In this document: piece after piece, positions 49,824 through 61,284 of the stretch
Numbering within the stretch: position 1 is the first letter of the stretch
Layout: each line of letters begins with the position of its first letter
Source of the DNA: Saprolegnia diclina VS20
Taxonomy: Eukaryota
Length of the DNA: 64,000 bases
Direction: 5' to 3'
Assembly (NCBI RefSeq): GCF_000281045.1
Contig: NW_008246071.1
Location: 695,315 to 759,314 of the forward strand
Notes under the pieces: model-generated
Told to the model about the DNA's origin: nothing
Database searches by the model: none
The model's input: only the letters and a program-made list of their open reading frames with translations
Position numbers and translations under genes: made by a program

Positions 49824-51638
49824 CTATTTCAACGTCGAAGGACTAGTATGGAAGCGAACGTCGGCCACAAGCGAAATGTGGTCGGAGGGAAACACGCTTG
49901 ACGGCAAGGACTTTTCATGCCCGGCGACGTCGAGCGAGAAGAAGGGCAGATGACTCGTCGGCGTCAGCGTCTCCGTGTCGACAAGAATGTGGTCCAACGT
50001 CCCAATGAACGTGAATTCGTGGTTCTTGACGAAATGCGTAAACTCGGGCGACCCGCACGCACTGCCGAGGCTCAAATCGTGTGCGAGCGTCTCTGGCATC
50101 GTATCCGGCCACGGCGTCGGCGTCGACCCTTCCTCTGCGCTCCACTGGAACGCCGCAGCTTCTTGCCAATGCCGGTGGTCCGACCCAACGGCCCCGCGCA
50201 GGAGAAACTGGGCGGGAATCGCGTCCGGAAGCGCGTTGAGGTCGCCCGTAATGACGACACTGACTGGCACGCCGTCTCTCGCTTCAATGTCGGCCTTCTT
50301 TTGCTCGAGAAACCGCGTCATGAGCACCGTCTGGACGAGCCGGACCGCGTCCGCGTCGTGACGGAAGAAGAGGTGCGTGTTGGCCACGAGCACGATGCCA
50401 GCGCCATGCACCTGCCGCAGCAAAAGCACTTGCGCGACGGACGGGACCGTGCCCACTGCGAGCGCGACCTGCGGGTGCGCGCTGAGAAAGTGCTGCAGCG
50501 GCGACGTCGACTCAATGTCCTTGAGGGCGTCTGCAAAGCCTACAACGGTGGCTTCGACAAGCTGCCACTTGGCCGTGTTGTACAAGACGGCGCAGCCTTC
50601 GGGCGTCGTGCCTGCTTTGCCTGCGTAGTGCCCGTCAAAGCCGTGGGCGCGCAAGAGCGGGAGAAAGTACGAGTGGAAGACACCATGGCCCATTTCTTGA
50701 GCGCAAATGAGATCGGCGCGCGTCTCCAGCATCTCGAGCGCGATGAGCGGCAGCCGGTATTTGTCAAAGAGGATGCCGGGCTGCGCATACGGGTACATGC
50801 GATTGTACGCGCGGTCGGCACGGGCGTACTTGGCATACAAAATGTTGTACGACATGATCCGAAAAGCGCTCGCGTCGTCGGTGTCGGGGGCGGGATGGGC
50901 GAGACGCGCGGCGAACGCCGACCGGTCCGGCGTCGGCACGACGTTCCCGGTTGTCGTCGTTGCAAGCGAGGCGCCGGTGGGCGCAATGCAATTGACCTCG
51001 AGGCGACACCCGACGTCGTCGCTGGTCGGCGTATACACAAAAGCTGCACCGACAACGGTCCTTTCACTGGTCGACGACACGCGCGTCCACATCCATTGGC
51101 ACTCGGTTTGGGTGCAAAATTCGAGCTCGACCGTCGGCACGATCGGGACGCCAACAACGAGGTCGAACTCGGTGACCGACAACGCAAGCAGCGCCGGCTC
51201 GTTGAGCACAATGGCGTACACGTCGTCTTGGATCTGCAATGTCATAGCACGTGGCAAGACATCGCCAAGCGGCAGCGTCGGTGAGAGCGGTGCGCCGTCG
51301 CGATCGCGCAGCTCGATGGTTGTTGTGGCCTTGCCTAGGGCTTCGTGCACTTGCTTGAGCTTGGTCTTCTTGCCTTGCTTGAACTGCTGCTTGGTCATGG
51401 GCGGGTGCAAGAGGCGGTCGATGCGCACGAGAATGCGGCTGAGCTCTTCCGTTGGCTGGCGCACGAGCTGCCGCTCGACGCCCAAGAGCGGAAACTTGAG
51501 CGTGATGGCATCGCTGCCGCGCACGTAGCGCACATGCGCCGTCAGCGGCGACGTCGAAGGACCCGTGCTGGCCATCGTCCTCACTTGCAGAATGGATCGG
51601 CGGAGGATGGTCGATCGGGACGCGGCGCCACAGAGCAC
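49824..51638 (-). CDS. PDE12: 2',5'-phosphodiesterase 12 (CCR4/EEP-family deadenylase), single exon; first ATG at 51575, in-frame GTG at 51638
   Basis: 'FRIMSYNIL', 'ADLICAQE', 'EGCAVLY', 'VANTHLFF', 'TGDLNA', 'GTLDHI', 'FPSDHISL'. PDE12-type N-terminal region 'YTPTSDDVGCRLEVNC'. Confidence 0.9.
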   Translation of the reverse strand: MLCGAASRSTILRRSILQVRTMASTGPSTSPLTAHVRYVRGSDAITLKFPLLGVERQLVRQPTEELSRILVRIDRLLHPPMTKQQFKQGKKTKLKQVHEALGKATTTIELRDRDGAPLSPTLPLGDVLPRAMTLQIQDDVYAIVLNEPALLALSVTEFDLVVGVPIVPTVELEFCTQTECQWMWTRVSSTSERTVVGAAFVYTPTSDDVGCRLEVNCIAPTGASLATTTTGNVVPTPDRSAFAARLAHPAPDTDDASAFRIMSYNILYAKYARADRAYNRMYPYAQPGILFDKYRLPLIALEMLETRADLICAQEMGHGVFHSYFLPLLRAHGFDGHYAGKAGTTPEGCAVLYNTAKWQLVEATVVGFADALKDIESTSPLQHFLSAHPQVALAVGTVPSVAQVLLLRQVHGAGIVLVANTHLFFRHDADAVRLVQTVLMTRFLEQKKADIEARDGVPVSVVITGDLNALPDAIPAQFLLRGAVGSDHRHWQEAAAFQWSAEEGSTPTPWPDTMPETLAHDLSLGSACGSPEFTHFVKNHEFTFIGTLDHILVDTETLTPTSHLPFFSLDVAGHEKSLPSSVFPSDHISLVADVRFHTSPSTLK

Positions 51639-51689
51639 GTTGCAAGAACGGGGAGCGTGGTGCGGATGAGGTAATCACCCCGTCCTTTC

Positions 51690-51830
51690 CAGTGATTGGC
51701 CATAAGCCCGACCAATCACGAAGCGGCCAACAGCCAATCCAAGGCGTCGCTTTGATCGAGGTAGGGTACGATGAGCCAATCAAACGTTGGCTGTGGGCTG
51801 TCATTGGCCAATCCAAAAGAACCAATCCCG
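51690..51830. promoter_or_regulatory. Dense CCAAT-box cluster upstream of PDE12
   Basis: About seven CCAAT/ATTGG matches in ~140 bp: gattggcc, gaccaatca, agccaatcc, agccaatca, cattggccaatcc, aaccaatcc. Confidence 0.6.
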
Positions 51831-52233
51831 TCTTCCCGCCGACCTGCCACTGCCAAGTCCATGGCCGAGTGCCGTCAAGGCGGCGCGTGTCGCTCAACTG
51901 CGCTTGCACCGCAGCTTCGTTCACAAGCCATCAGCGAGTGGCCGCCAGCTCCTTGTCCCGCGGATCGCGCTCCTGCCTCCGCCGGCCTGGATCAATATCA
52001 ACACCAGCGCCTACACAACGAAGAATGTCCGACACTTTGATTTAACGCAGATTTGCGTTAGACGACCCACTTCAGCAACAACCAATTTAATGGGCATCAG
52101 AGCACACAAGGGCGCGATAGCAAGGGGCAATAAGATGCATCTTATTGAACGAGCGCAGGTGCATTGCGCATGTCTACAACGTCCGTTTCCGTTTCAATAG
52201 CAGGGGCATCGCGTGCCCAACGCGTCTACTTGT

Positions 52234-53309
52234 CTACTCGTCTTCGCGGAAGAATCGCTTGGGCAGCGTCGCTTCAAAGGCTCTTTGCCAATCGCCGTGG
52301 TTGGCGACTTCCATGAGCGTCAAGAGCACTGTGTCGATGTTGAGCACATGCGAGCGAACGTTGCACGTCTCTTGCACGGGCAGGCGCGCCGTCGTAATGT
52401 GCTGCACACGAGCGGCTTTGGTCAAAGTCTCGCTCTACGACGCAAGGTGGCAAGGCAAGCGCACACACGACAACATGTACCTTGCGCACGGTGCGATCCA
52501 CGATGCCACCGACAACGTAGACAGCTGTCGGGTCCAGCTCTGTTAGAACATTGGGCGAGTCGGGTGACAAGAGGACGATCATGTGGCCGGGAAAGAGCTC
52601 TTCGATCGGGGCGGCATGGCGCGTCACCTAGAACGCAGACTCAGCGACCCGAGTACTTCGCGCGCAACCCGACCTTCCATGCGTTGGCGCCGCGCTTTTC
52701 ACAAAGCGCTGCAATGTCGCCTTCGTACGATGCGAGGTGAAGCGAGAGAAGAGATGGGAGCTCGCTCTTCTTCATGGCACCGTACACGCAGGCGACTTGC
52801 TTGATGACGCTGTGACGTTCCTAGTCCATGTCGAAGTCGAGGCCACGGAACTTGAAGCTATCTATACGCGGGGTGTTTGCTCATGGAGAAAGTTCAGGTC
52901 GACGACGACGCGGAGGCCCGTCGCCATGGCGTAGTTGAGCTTGTCCTAGTCGCCATGGACGATACTACGCAAGTTGAAGTGACGGTGAACGCACCTCGAG
53001 CTGGGTCTTGGCGAGCTGCTTTTGCGCAATCTTGGCGTCGTAGCGCATCTGCTTCTCTTCTTGGGTGATGGAATCGTCGCGGGCTTCGTAGGCAATTTGG
53101 CGTTCAGCCTGGTGCTGGCGTTTCTTGTCTTTTCGGCGGGCGTCAATGGCGGCGCGGCGATGGTCGATGCGCTCTTGCCGGCGCTGCTGCTTGGTGCGCT
53201 TCTTCTGCGCAGCAACCTCATCTGAAGCGTCTTGCACCCATGCGACCAGCGTCGCAACGACCAGGGCGGCGCCGACCCACGCCGCCACGGCCCAAGGACT
53301 CTGTGTCAT
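52234..53309 (-). CDS. TRM10: tRNA m1G9 methyltransferase (TRM10/TRMT10, SPOUT family) with N-terminal hydrophobic helix, multi-exon
   Basis: 'VLLSPDSPNVLTELDPTAVYVVGGIVDRTVRK', 'TARLPVQE', 'VLNIDTV...GDWQRAFEATLPKR'. Lys/Arg-rich coiled segment upstream. Confidence 0.88.
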
Positions 53310-53588
53310 CGCTAGATTCTGTTGTTGGTCCCGCCGAGATGCCAGCTCGGGAACGAAAACCACGCCATTTTATGCCTTTTTTCAACGTTCTCCGTCAAAT
53401 TCGGTCTCATTTTGCATATTTCACGCCTAATATGGCGGCTCAGATCAGCTCAAGATGCCATTGGCTCGTGGAAGCTTCGAAATTCTGTGCTTGAAGTGGG
53501 CAAAACCGGCATATTTAAATAGAAAAAAGTATCGTTGTACTTGATATTTGTATGCAAGTGATCTCGCGCTTGGGATCCCCGAATTAAA

Positions 53589-55117
53589 ATGGACGCCATG
53601 GTCCCAGTCTCTGTTTGCCGATTTTTGCCTCCGATGGCGGCGATCCCGCGGTCCAACCTCACGGACGCCGGGAGCGAGCGCAGCCCGCTCCTCCGCGCCA
53701 TGCGCAACTCGTTCCAGGAAGACTCCTTGTACCAGTCCATGTCGAATCCCAACTATTTATCCACCGAGTCGACGACGACGACGGACGATGCGTACCTTGG
53801 CGGGCGCATGCGCGTCTTCCGCCCGATCGTGTACGCAGAGAAGGCGCTCGGCGTGCTCCTCAACAGCGTCATCATGTACGTATTTTGCTGCATCTTGGGC
53901 CTCGGCCTCATCTGCATCAACGCCGACGGCGTCCTCGGACCTGGCCGCGGCTGGAACTGGTGGCTCGTCTTCATGCCGTTCTGGCTTGGCAATGCGATTC
54001 TGCTTATTGCGCACTTTCTCTCGATGCGGTCGGCCACGATGCTGCGCCAATGGGCCGAGACCGACTGCATGTCGAACGAGCCATTGCTTCCGCTTTTGCG
54101 CAAGATCCTCCTCGTCTACGCCGTCTCGGTCCCGCTCACGGCCTTTCTCCTCTGGAGCGAGCTCGCGTTCTGCGCCATCATGAGCGACATGACGTACCGA
54201 TCGACGTCCGTCTACTTTGCGTTCACGCCCATTCTCATCATTGAAGCCGCGTACATTGTGCGGTACCTCCTCTGTAAGGCCAAGAGCACGCTCCCGGTAC
54301 ACATGTCCCGGCATCTCATAGTCTCATGCCTAATGTCTAGGGCTGCAGCTGGGTCCTCGCGTTTGTGTTTACGCTCATGCTCGCGTTCAATGCCGACCTC
54401 ATCCACCGCCGCAACCCCGAGACGGACGCGCTGCCCGGCGAGCTCCTACCGTGGTTTACGGTCTTTTGCCCGATCTTTGTCTGGGAGTTTCTCATGTTTG
54501 GCTCGCTTCTCATCGTCCTCTACTCGCAAGCGGCCGGCTACTACAACATGGCGTCGTCGCAACTGACCGCCACGGTGCTCTACACGCTCGCGCTCGCAGC
54601 CGGCGCGATTGGCCACGTCATGCTGCTCGAGCACATGGAGCTCGAGTCGACGTCGCTCGACGTGCCGTCGATCCTCTTGTTCTCGGCGTGGGTTACGGGC
54701 AGCCTCGCTTTGTACATCATTTCGCGCCAAGAAGTCGCCAAGCTCATGGCGTCGCGCGGCGGCGCCGTACCCGTGCCCCTCACGCGCACCGACCACGGGT
54801 GGGTGACCAACCATGCCGTCACCGACCAATGGATGCTGCTCGGTGACATTCCGCTCACGTCGGCGGGGCTCGAGCAGCGCGGTACGCGCAAGCGCACCTC
54901 GAGCGACATGGAGAGCGATCTCAACTCGCAAGGATGGCTCTGGGTGCGCCAGGTGCTCGGGTCGCGGCTCTGCTCGTGGTGCTGCTGCCTCGCGTCGCGC
55001 CACTCGTTTGACGCGTCGTCGCCGAGCGAGCACCCGGAAGGCCGTCTCAAGAACGTCAAGCGCAAAAATTCCGGAAGCTACAGCGATCTGCACCTCGACG
55101 TTGTCGCTACCAAGTAG
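53589..55117 (+). CDS. Multi-pass membrane protein, TMEM185/TMEM203 (Fragile-X-F)-like; one intron at ~54296-54340; alternative start 53634
   Basis: Repeated 'WNWWLVFMPFWL', 'VYFAFTPIL', 'PWFTVFCPIFVWE' W..VF.P.W motifs separating TM pairs. Confidence 0.65.
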
Positions 55118-55855
55118 CAATCCCAATATCCGCTTGCTGTTTCTGTCGTTTTGCAGTCGTGGATCTCGACAACCGTTTTAGAAAGTGTGCACACTAAGAT
55201 CGAAGCGTCGTCTTATTCTGACGTGAACCGGTCGACGCCGTTGGATCTGTTGGTGGTGGTTGGGTGCAGCCGTATTTGAGACCGGTATATAAAACCAGTC
55301 ACGACCAGAGCGACGGGGAATCAACCACACGTCGTCCACGCCAGCACCGACAGCTGAGAAACAAGCATCTCAACATGGTGTTCTTGGTCGTCACCTTGTC
55401 AATGGCCAAGTGACCATCGAAAGAGAATGGTATGGGAGGAGGCCGAGTAGCCAACGCGCTGGCGACGGAAGATGCTGGTTCCCACTATCACACAAGAGCA
55501 CTTTGCCTTGGGACAGCAAACTCGGCGGCCAGTTCGATTCGAACTCGTCGCGATCTCACGCCACGGAATGTACGTACGACGCATGTTGTACGGGACCGTA
55601 CATCCCTTTTCCAACACGTTGCCATGCACGCTAAGGCCGTCTACCGCCGTTTCCATCGGCTGTGAATGTACGAGGCGGTCGTCCTCATGCCACGCACGAC
55701 GCTGTAGCGCGCTGTCGTGTTTGCAGCAATGTACGTGTACGGCAATGGACGGCAGTTACTTGATTGTTGGACTTTCCAGCGGCCGGTTTCGATGTTTTTT
55801 GATTTTCGAGATCTTCCATGGTTCTTGCGAGCTCGCAACCTGCGTACAATCCAAA

Positions 55856-57272
55856 ATGGACGACCAGCGCGACCTCCTCCTCGACGTAGCAATCAACGAG
55901 CCGGCCGCACCGCTGCATATCGCTGTCTCGCGGACGTACGCGGAGAAGTACACCAACGTCGTGAGCAGCCCGACATCGGTCGCCGACGAACTGCCGGGCA
56001 TCGTCTGCCTCGGCTGCTACACGCATGGCACCAAGGCGATGCGTGACCTCTGCGTGCGCCAAGCGTTCTTGACGCAAGATTTATTGGCGTACCACCATTT
56101 GCACGCGGGCAGCGACAGCAATGACTTTGCGGTGCAGCTCGTCATGACCAACGTCGTGCCATGGACACACGTCGACGCGTACAAGGCGCTCGTCGAGCAG
56201 AGCGTGGTCGAGGTCGAAGGCGTCTTTGGCGGCCAAGCGCGCACGTACGCCGACGCTGGCGTCGCGGAGCGCAAGGCCGATTTCTTCTGCGGTATCGTCT
56301 GCCACTTTCCGTCACTGCAAGCATGCATCTCGTGGATGTGCTGCGCCAACAACGCCGAGCTCAAGCTCGGTTGTCCGACGCTAACGCTGCAAAAGGCAAC
56401 GTTTACGCTAATTCCGGTCCCAAACGACGTGCCGCACCTCGACTCGTCGGCGTTCGACCCGATCCACGGCAGCGCAAGCCCGACGTCCAGCGACGAAGTG
56501 TGCTCGATTTCGTACGAAGAGTGCCTCGAGTTTGCACTCCTCGACATGGAAGACTCGGAGACCGAGCCCGAGTCGCACTGCAGCCTCTACAGCTACGCTG
56601 GCATCGAGTACCACGACAGCGGGGTGCCGGAGACCAACACGGCGGTCGCATTGCCGTCGATTACGATGGCGACGTTTGTCGACGGCCATGGCATCCCGCT
56701 CGCGTTCAAGTCGCTCTACTACCGCAACAACAAGAAGGGCGGGATCCGCAACATGCGGTAGGCCACTACGCGCTTGGTCATCGATACGATTCGCTTCTAG
56801 GTGTTTTCCGCAGTGCAAGCGGGGGGCCCACACGACGACGAGCTTTTGCGGCGACCTCCTTCGGCTCCAAGTCCACTTTAGCACCGAAGCGCGGCCCCGT
56901 ATATTGGGCTTTGCCCGCTTTCGGAGTGCGATGGACCACGCACCGCCGCTCCGCGCCGGCATGGACTTGGACGCACGCATGATCACCGACCACCTCCGCT
57001 CCAAAGAGTCGCCGAAGGAGATGTGGATGCAGACCAAACCCGTCGAGTTTGTGTCGCCGACGCACGTCATTTACGAGATCCGTCCGTCCGAGCGCACGCT
57101 GTCGTGGCACTATGGCTTCCACGGCCCGACGCCGCAGCTGCAGAAGAACCATACGCATTTTCTCGAAATCGGCTTCTTTATCGAGGCAAGCGACGGCCGA
57201 CTGCGCTGCATTGGCGCCGCGCAGACGCCGCAGTTCCGCGTCGCGTCGAGCCGCACGTGGGTCAAGGAATAG
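55856..57272 (+). CDS. Hypothetical protein with C-terminal 'YYRNNKKGG..N.RCFPQC...H....FCG' domain; intron 56758-56800
   Basis: ORF with caaaATG start; a 43-nt GT-AG intron joins NMR to CFPQC in frame; ends 'TPQFRVASSRTWVKE*'. Confidence 0.7.
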
Positions 57273-57331
57273 CGTTTTGTTTGTCATTTTGAGCGTTGAA
57301 AAGAGCTTTCTGTGTGTGTATGTGGAGAATC

Positions 57332-59435
57332 CTATGCGGCGTCCACCGCCGCGTCCTCGCCCATGGCGTCGTCCAGCTTCGTGGTCTCGTCGTCCAGCTT
57401 CGTGGTCTCGTCGTCCGCGACGGGCGACGGCAGCGGCGACGCTTCAATCTCCACTGGCGTCTCTGCCGGCTTGCCCAAGACGCTCTTGACAATGGCCGAG
57501 ACGCCGTCGACAGCCTTGTTCAAGTGTACGATCTGCGTCCGCATGCAGCTGCGCATGGTCTTCCAGCAAATCATCTACCACCGGCGTTGGCTTCCACTGC
57601 GTCCTGGAGGTCGTACGCACCTTGTCGTTGTCGGGCCAGTACGCGCGCTCGATGCCATTTTCGGGGTCCCACGCCATCTCAAACTGGTCCGTAAACTCCT
57701 TCAGAGGTTTGACCGTTGCTACAACGCAAGGTTGAACAGAGTCAGAACGAACCAAGCATCTACCGCGGTTTGCTCCGAGGATACTCTGCAGCAGATCGTC
57801 CTCCTTGAAGATCCCTTCCGCGATCGTCGGTGCACGGCTCACCTTCGGCCGCTTTGGTGGCGGCACGTCGCCGTCGGTCGCATCCGCAGGGTCAGGACGC
57901 CGCTCAAACTTGGGGCACTTTTCAAGCTTCCACGCGACATAGTTGCGCTCGCGCTCGAGCACCTCGGTGAGCATCGCGCTGTACTGCTGGCCGTTGACGT
58001 TCTTCTCCAAGAGGCGAAAGACACGGTCAAAGCAGTCTTCGAGCGACGTCTACATCGCAGATGCAACCCCTGTCTTTGCAGAAAGCACGTACCTTGCTGG
58101 CGGCGGCGGGGACTTTGGACCGTTCGAGATGACCAAAGAGGATCAGCAGCTACGATCCCTCGTTAGCATCGCGCGACGCAGCACACATCGTCGGACCTGT
58201 GTGAGCATGCACTCGCGGAGGACGGGATCGCGCAGCTGCAAGTGAAAGAGGCGGCTGTTGGTCAAGTACTTGGTCTGGAAAAAGTGATCCTTCTGGTCGT
58301 CTTCGGACTGCGACTGGAGCTCCCGCGCACGGTCAATGTCGTCGTCCGAGAACGGGTTGGACTCGAACGCCGAGAGCACATCATCGAGCTGTTGAAACTA
58401 CGGCAAGAGGCGGCCATGAGATCGAAGTCGCACGGCCATTCGTAGCGTACGAGCGTCGTCCACTCGGCATCGCTGTCGGCCACGATGGTTGGGTTGCTCA
58501 GGAAGCGCTGCATATCCCAAAAGACCTTGTACAGCGCATAACTCGTTTTGGTTGCTTCTTCCAACGGCGCCTACAGCACCAAGATTAACTTCTTTGGTCA
58601 AATAGCTTCACTAACCTGTTCCATGGACGCTTGGAACTCAGCTTCGGTTTGGTACTTGGTGACGTTGCTCGTGTTGAACTAGCCCACGCGTTGTGAGGGT
58701 ACGACGTAGAAGGTACAAGGCGAAGTACGCGGCCGAGGAGGTTGACGCCCGAACGCTCCGAGAGCGAGAAGGTGTAGGCGAGGAACATGAGAATGCGCCC
58801 ACAGAAGACCGTGTTGTGCGTCTTGGAGAGTCGTCGGAGGAGCGCATTGCACATGCGCAGCAAGCAGAGCGACGCCTTGCTGTTCTTGCCTGCTTGGATA
58901 AAGTCGGTCTATTTGCACGCAACCGCCATGACGACTCTCTGAAGAGGATGCAGCATGGACGTACGGTCGTGAGGCGGCTGCGCCGGCTCTCGAGGAGACC
59001 CCAGAGCTGCTCGCAGACAACAATGGTCTGGCAGTCCATGAGGTCTTCGAGGATCTTGTAGGGCGCGTTGAGCATGAGGTAACCGCGCGTGGCGCCGTCC
59101 GTGCAGAGATCGAGCAGCGCCGGGATCCCGACCGACTCGAGCGTCGCGTCGCGCTTGCGGTGGAGGTCCCACGCCATCTTCTCGGCCACGCGCTGGATTG
59201 CCAGTTCGAGGATCGTGTGCACCTTCTCTTCGAGCTCGTCCGTGGCGATGTGGTCGTCGGCCGCTTCGCTCGTCACGCGCTTAGCGAGCTCATTGAGGCG
59301 CGCGGTCGCATCGCTCTTGCGGAAGAAGTAGGCGATCTCGCCCTACATGCATCGAGTCATCCAGCCTCATCCATCATGGCCATGGCAGGCGTCTACCTGC
59401 GCGAAGGTCGCAAGCTCGCAGGCCGTCCGTCGCAT
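57332..59435 (-). CDS. THOC1: THO complex subunit 1 (Hpr1), multi-exon
   Basis: '[44 protein letters not shown]', '[17 protein letters not shown]', '[19 protein letters not shown]', '[21 protein letters not shown]'. Confidence 0.93.
57368..57416. repeat. Perfect 21-nt tandem repeat (~2.3 copies) in the THOC1 C-terminal coding region (DDETTKL x2)
   Basis: gtcgtccagcttcgtggtctc twice, then gtcgtcc. Confidence 0.9.
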
Positions 59436-59479
59436 GTTGTCGCTTCGAAGTTGCAAGAAAGCAGTGGCAAAGAAATGAC

Positions 59480-59575
59480 GCATCGGATTGGCCAAAACCC
59501 ATTTAATTTCCATTCAATAGTGTATTCGATTGGTCCCATCCGATTCTATAGCGAGATTTTTCAACCAATCCTGGC
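59480..59575. promoter_or_regulatory. CCAAT-containing bidirectional promoter between THOC1 and SPC25
   Basis: 'gattggcc', 'gattggtc' and 'aaccaatcc' in a ~195-bp head-to-head interval. Confidence 0.55.
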
Positions 59576-59630
59576 CTCGAACGCTTGCACAAGCCTCCAT
59601 ATACCGCGAGCATTTCAAACGCTGGTGACG

Positions 59631-60438
59631 ATGAACCACCTCGATCTTCCACTCGACCAGCACCTCGAAGGCGTCGACCGCGCGCTGGCGACGTGGACCG
59701 AGACCGAGAAGAGCCGCATCGAGGACGCCCAGCGCGCCTGCGTGAGCGAGGTCGCCAAGGACGAGCAGGAACTGCGCCAGCTGCAAGAGCGCCAAGCATC
59801 GCTCCAAGCCAACGCCAAGACTGCGGAAGCGAGCCGCGAACAGCAGAAGCGGTCGATCCATGGTCGAGAAAACGAGCTTCGAGGGCTGCAGGCGCAAGTG
59901 CTCAAGGTTGAGCCCGTGCTTGCAGGTCTCAAGTCGCGCGAAGCGCTGCATCGCGGCAACGTGGCTATGGTGAACGAAGGTACGTAGTCCTTGCATCGAT
60001 CGATCGACGGGGAACGCTTGCATAGAGAGTGCGCGCATGACGCAGGCCCATCAAACGGTGGTGGACGAGCTCATGAAGGGCATCCACATGTACCAGAAGC
60101 TGGGTCTCGTCATTGACCGCAAAGGAGGTCGCTGGCTTCATTCCGTCGTACGTTCCTCATGCAATGTTGGATAGAGAGCAACCTCGGCTTTGTCTTTACG
60201 CAAATTGACCCGCAGAACCCCGCGCGCGAGTTTTCGTTTGCGTTGCGCATGCACGAGCGCCAGGATGTCTTTGCCGGTAGCCGACGCGTCCTTCGTCACA
60301 CCTCATATCCCCTGTCTAGTCGAACACTGCGTTCCGGACGTGGCCGACGCCCCCATCCTGCTCGACCAGCTCAACCAAACCGGCAACATGTCGGCCTTTG
60401 TCCGGGCCATGCGGCAGCGCTACAAGAGCTTGGTCTAA
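59631..60438 (+). CDS. SPC25: Kinetochore Ndc80-complex subunit Spc25, multi-exon
   Basis: N-terminal coiled coil, then 'YQKLGLVI', 'LGFVFTQIDPQNPAREFSFAL', 'CVPDV...LLDQLNQTGNMSAFVRAMRQRY'. Confidence 0.88.
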
Positions 60439-60472
60439 TACATACGTTGCATTGTTTCGATTGCCGAATAAA

Positions 60473-60985
60473 TTAGATGCGTCGTCGCTGGGCTGGCGGC
60501 GGCTTTGTCTCGGGCTCGCGGACGCGCTTACCCGTCGACGGTATGGCTGGCCCAATGGCCGCCTCAACTGGGCGTGGCGCCAGCGTCCGCTCGTAGCGCT
60601 GCTGGAGCAGCGCCCGACGCTCGTCGAGCTTGGTCCGCGTTTCGGTCGGTGTCTCGTCGTCGGGCGCGTAGGCGATCTGGAGGATGCCGCCATAGAAGGG
60701 CTCACGCACGCCCAAATTCTTGGCTCGGCGCGCTTGGTCGGTCGTCGCGTAGCGCAGCCAGACAACGTCGAGGAACTCGGTCGCATCGTCGTGGTCGTCG
60801 AGCATCCGGTGCTCTTCAATGGTCCCGTACTTGCCGAAACGTGCGATGAGCTCGTCGCTCGCGCCAAGCGCTGGGACGTTGCGCAGAATGAGGTACTTGG
60901 ATTCGTCGCTGACGGTGTACGCCCTTGGACGCACCTCCTTCCCGAAGCGCGGGTTGGGCTGCCGGTACCGCGGAATCGCCGCCAT
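60473..60985 (-). CDS. RBM48: RNA-binding protein 48 (minor-spliceosome RRM protein)
   Basis: 'RAYTVSDESKYLILRNVPALG...LIARFGKYGTIEE...ARRAK...FYGGILQIAYAPDDETPTETRTKLDERR'. Confidence 0.88.
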   Translation of the reverse strand: MAAIPRYRQPNPRFGKEVRPRAYTVSDESKYLILRNVPALGASDELIARFGKYGTIEEHRMLDDHDDATEFLDVVWLRYATTDQARRAKNLGVREPFYGGILQIAYAPDDETPTETRTKLDERRALLQQRYERTLAPRPVEAAIGPAIPSTGKRVREPETKPPPAQRRRI

Positions 60986-61284
60986 GCCAAAATAATAATA
61001 ATAATATATACGCTATTTCACTGTTAGCAGGTGAAATAGTGTAAGACGTGAGTGCTCCTTGCTCGCACGGACGGTCTTTGACATCGCGGTGACATTTGCC
61101 GCCACCATACACCAGTCTCTTAATGGCATGTACCGCCAGCGCTGTAGCCCTGCCGTACCCATCTCGGTCCATCCCGTAGGTAGGAAGCTGTCGGCCTCGA
61201 TGTGATGTAGGGTTCGGTGTCATGGTGTTTCACGAAGGAAAAGACTAGACACGCGTTTATAATACGTTTAGATAAAAAAGGAGC

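Noticed and set aside
53405..53421. Oomycete INR/FPR-like core promoter 'tctcattttgcatattt'
   Set aside because: Imperfect match and rather far (~170-210 bp) from the next ATG; cannot be supported without TSS data.
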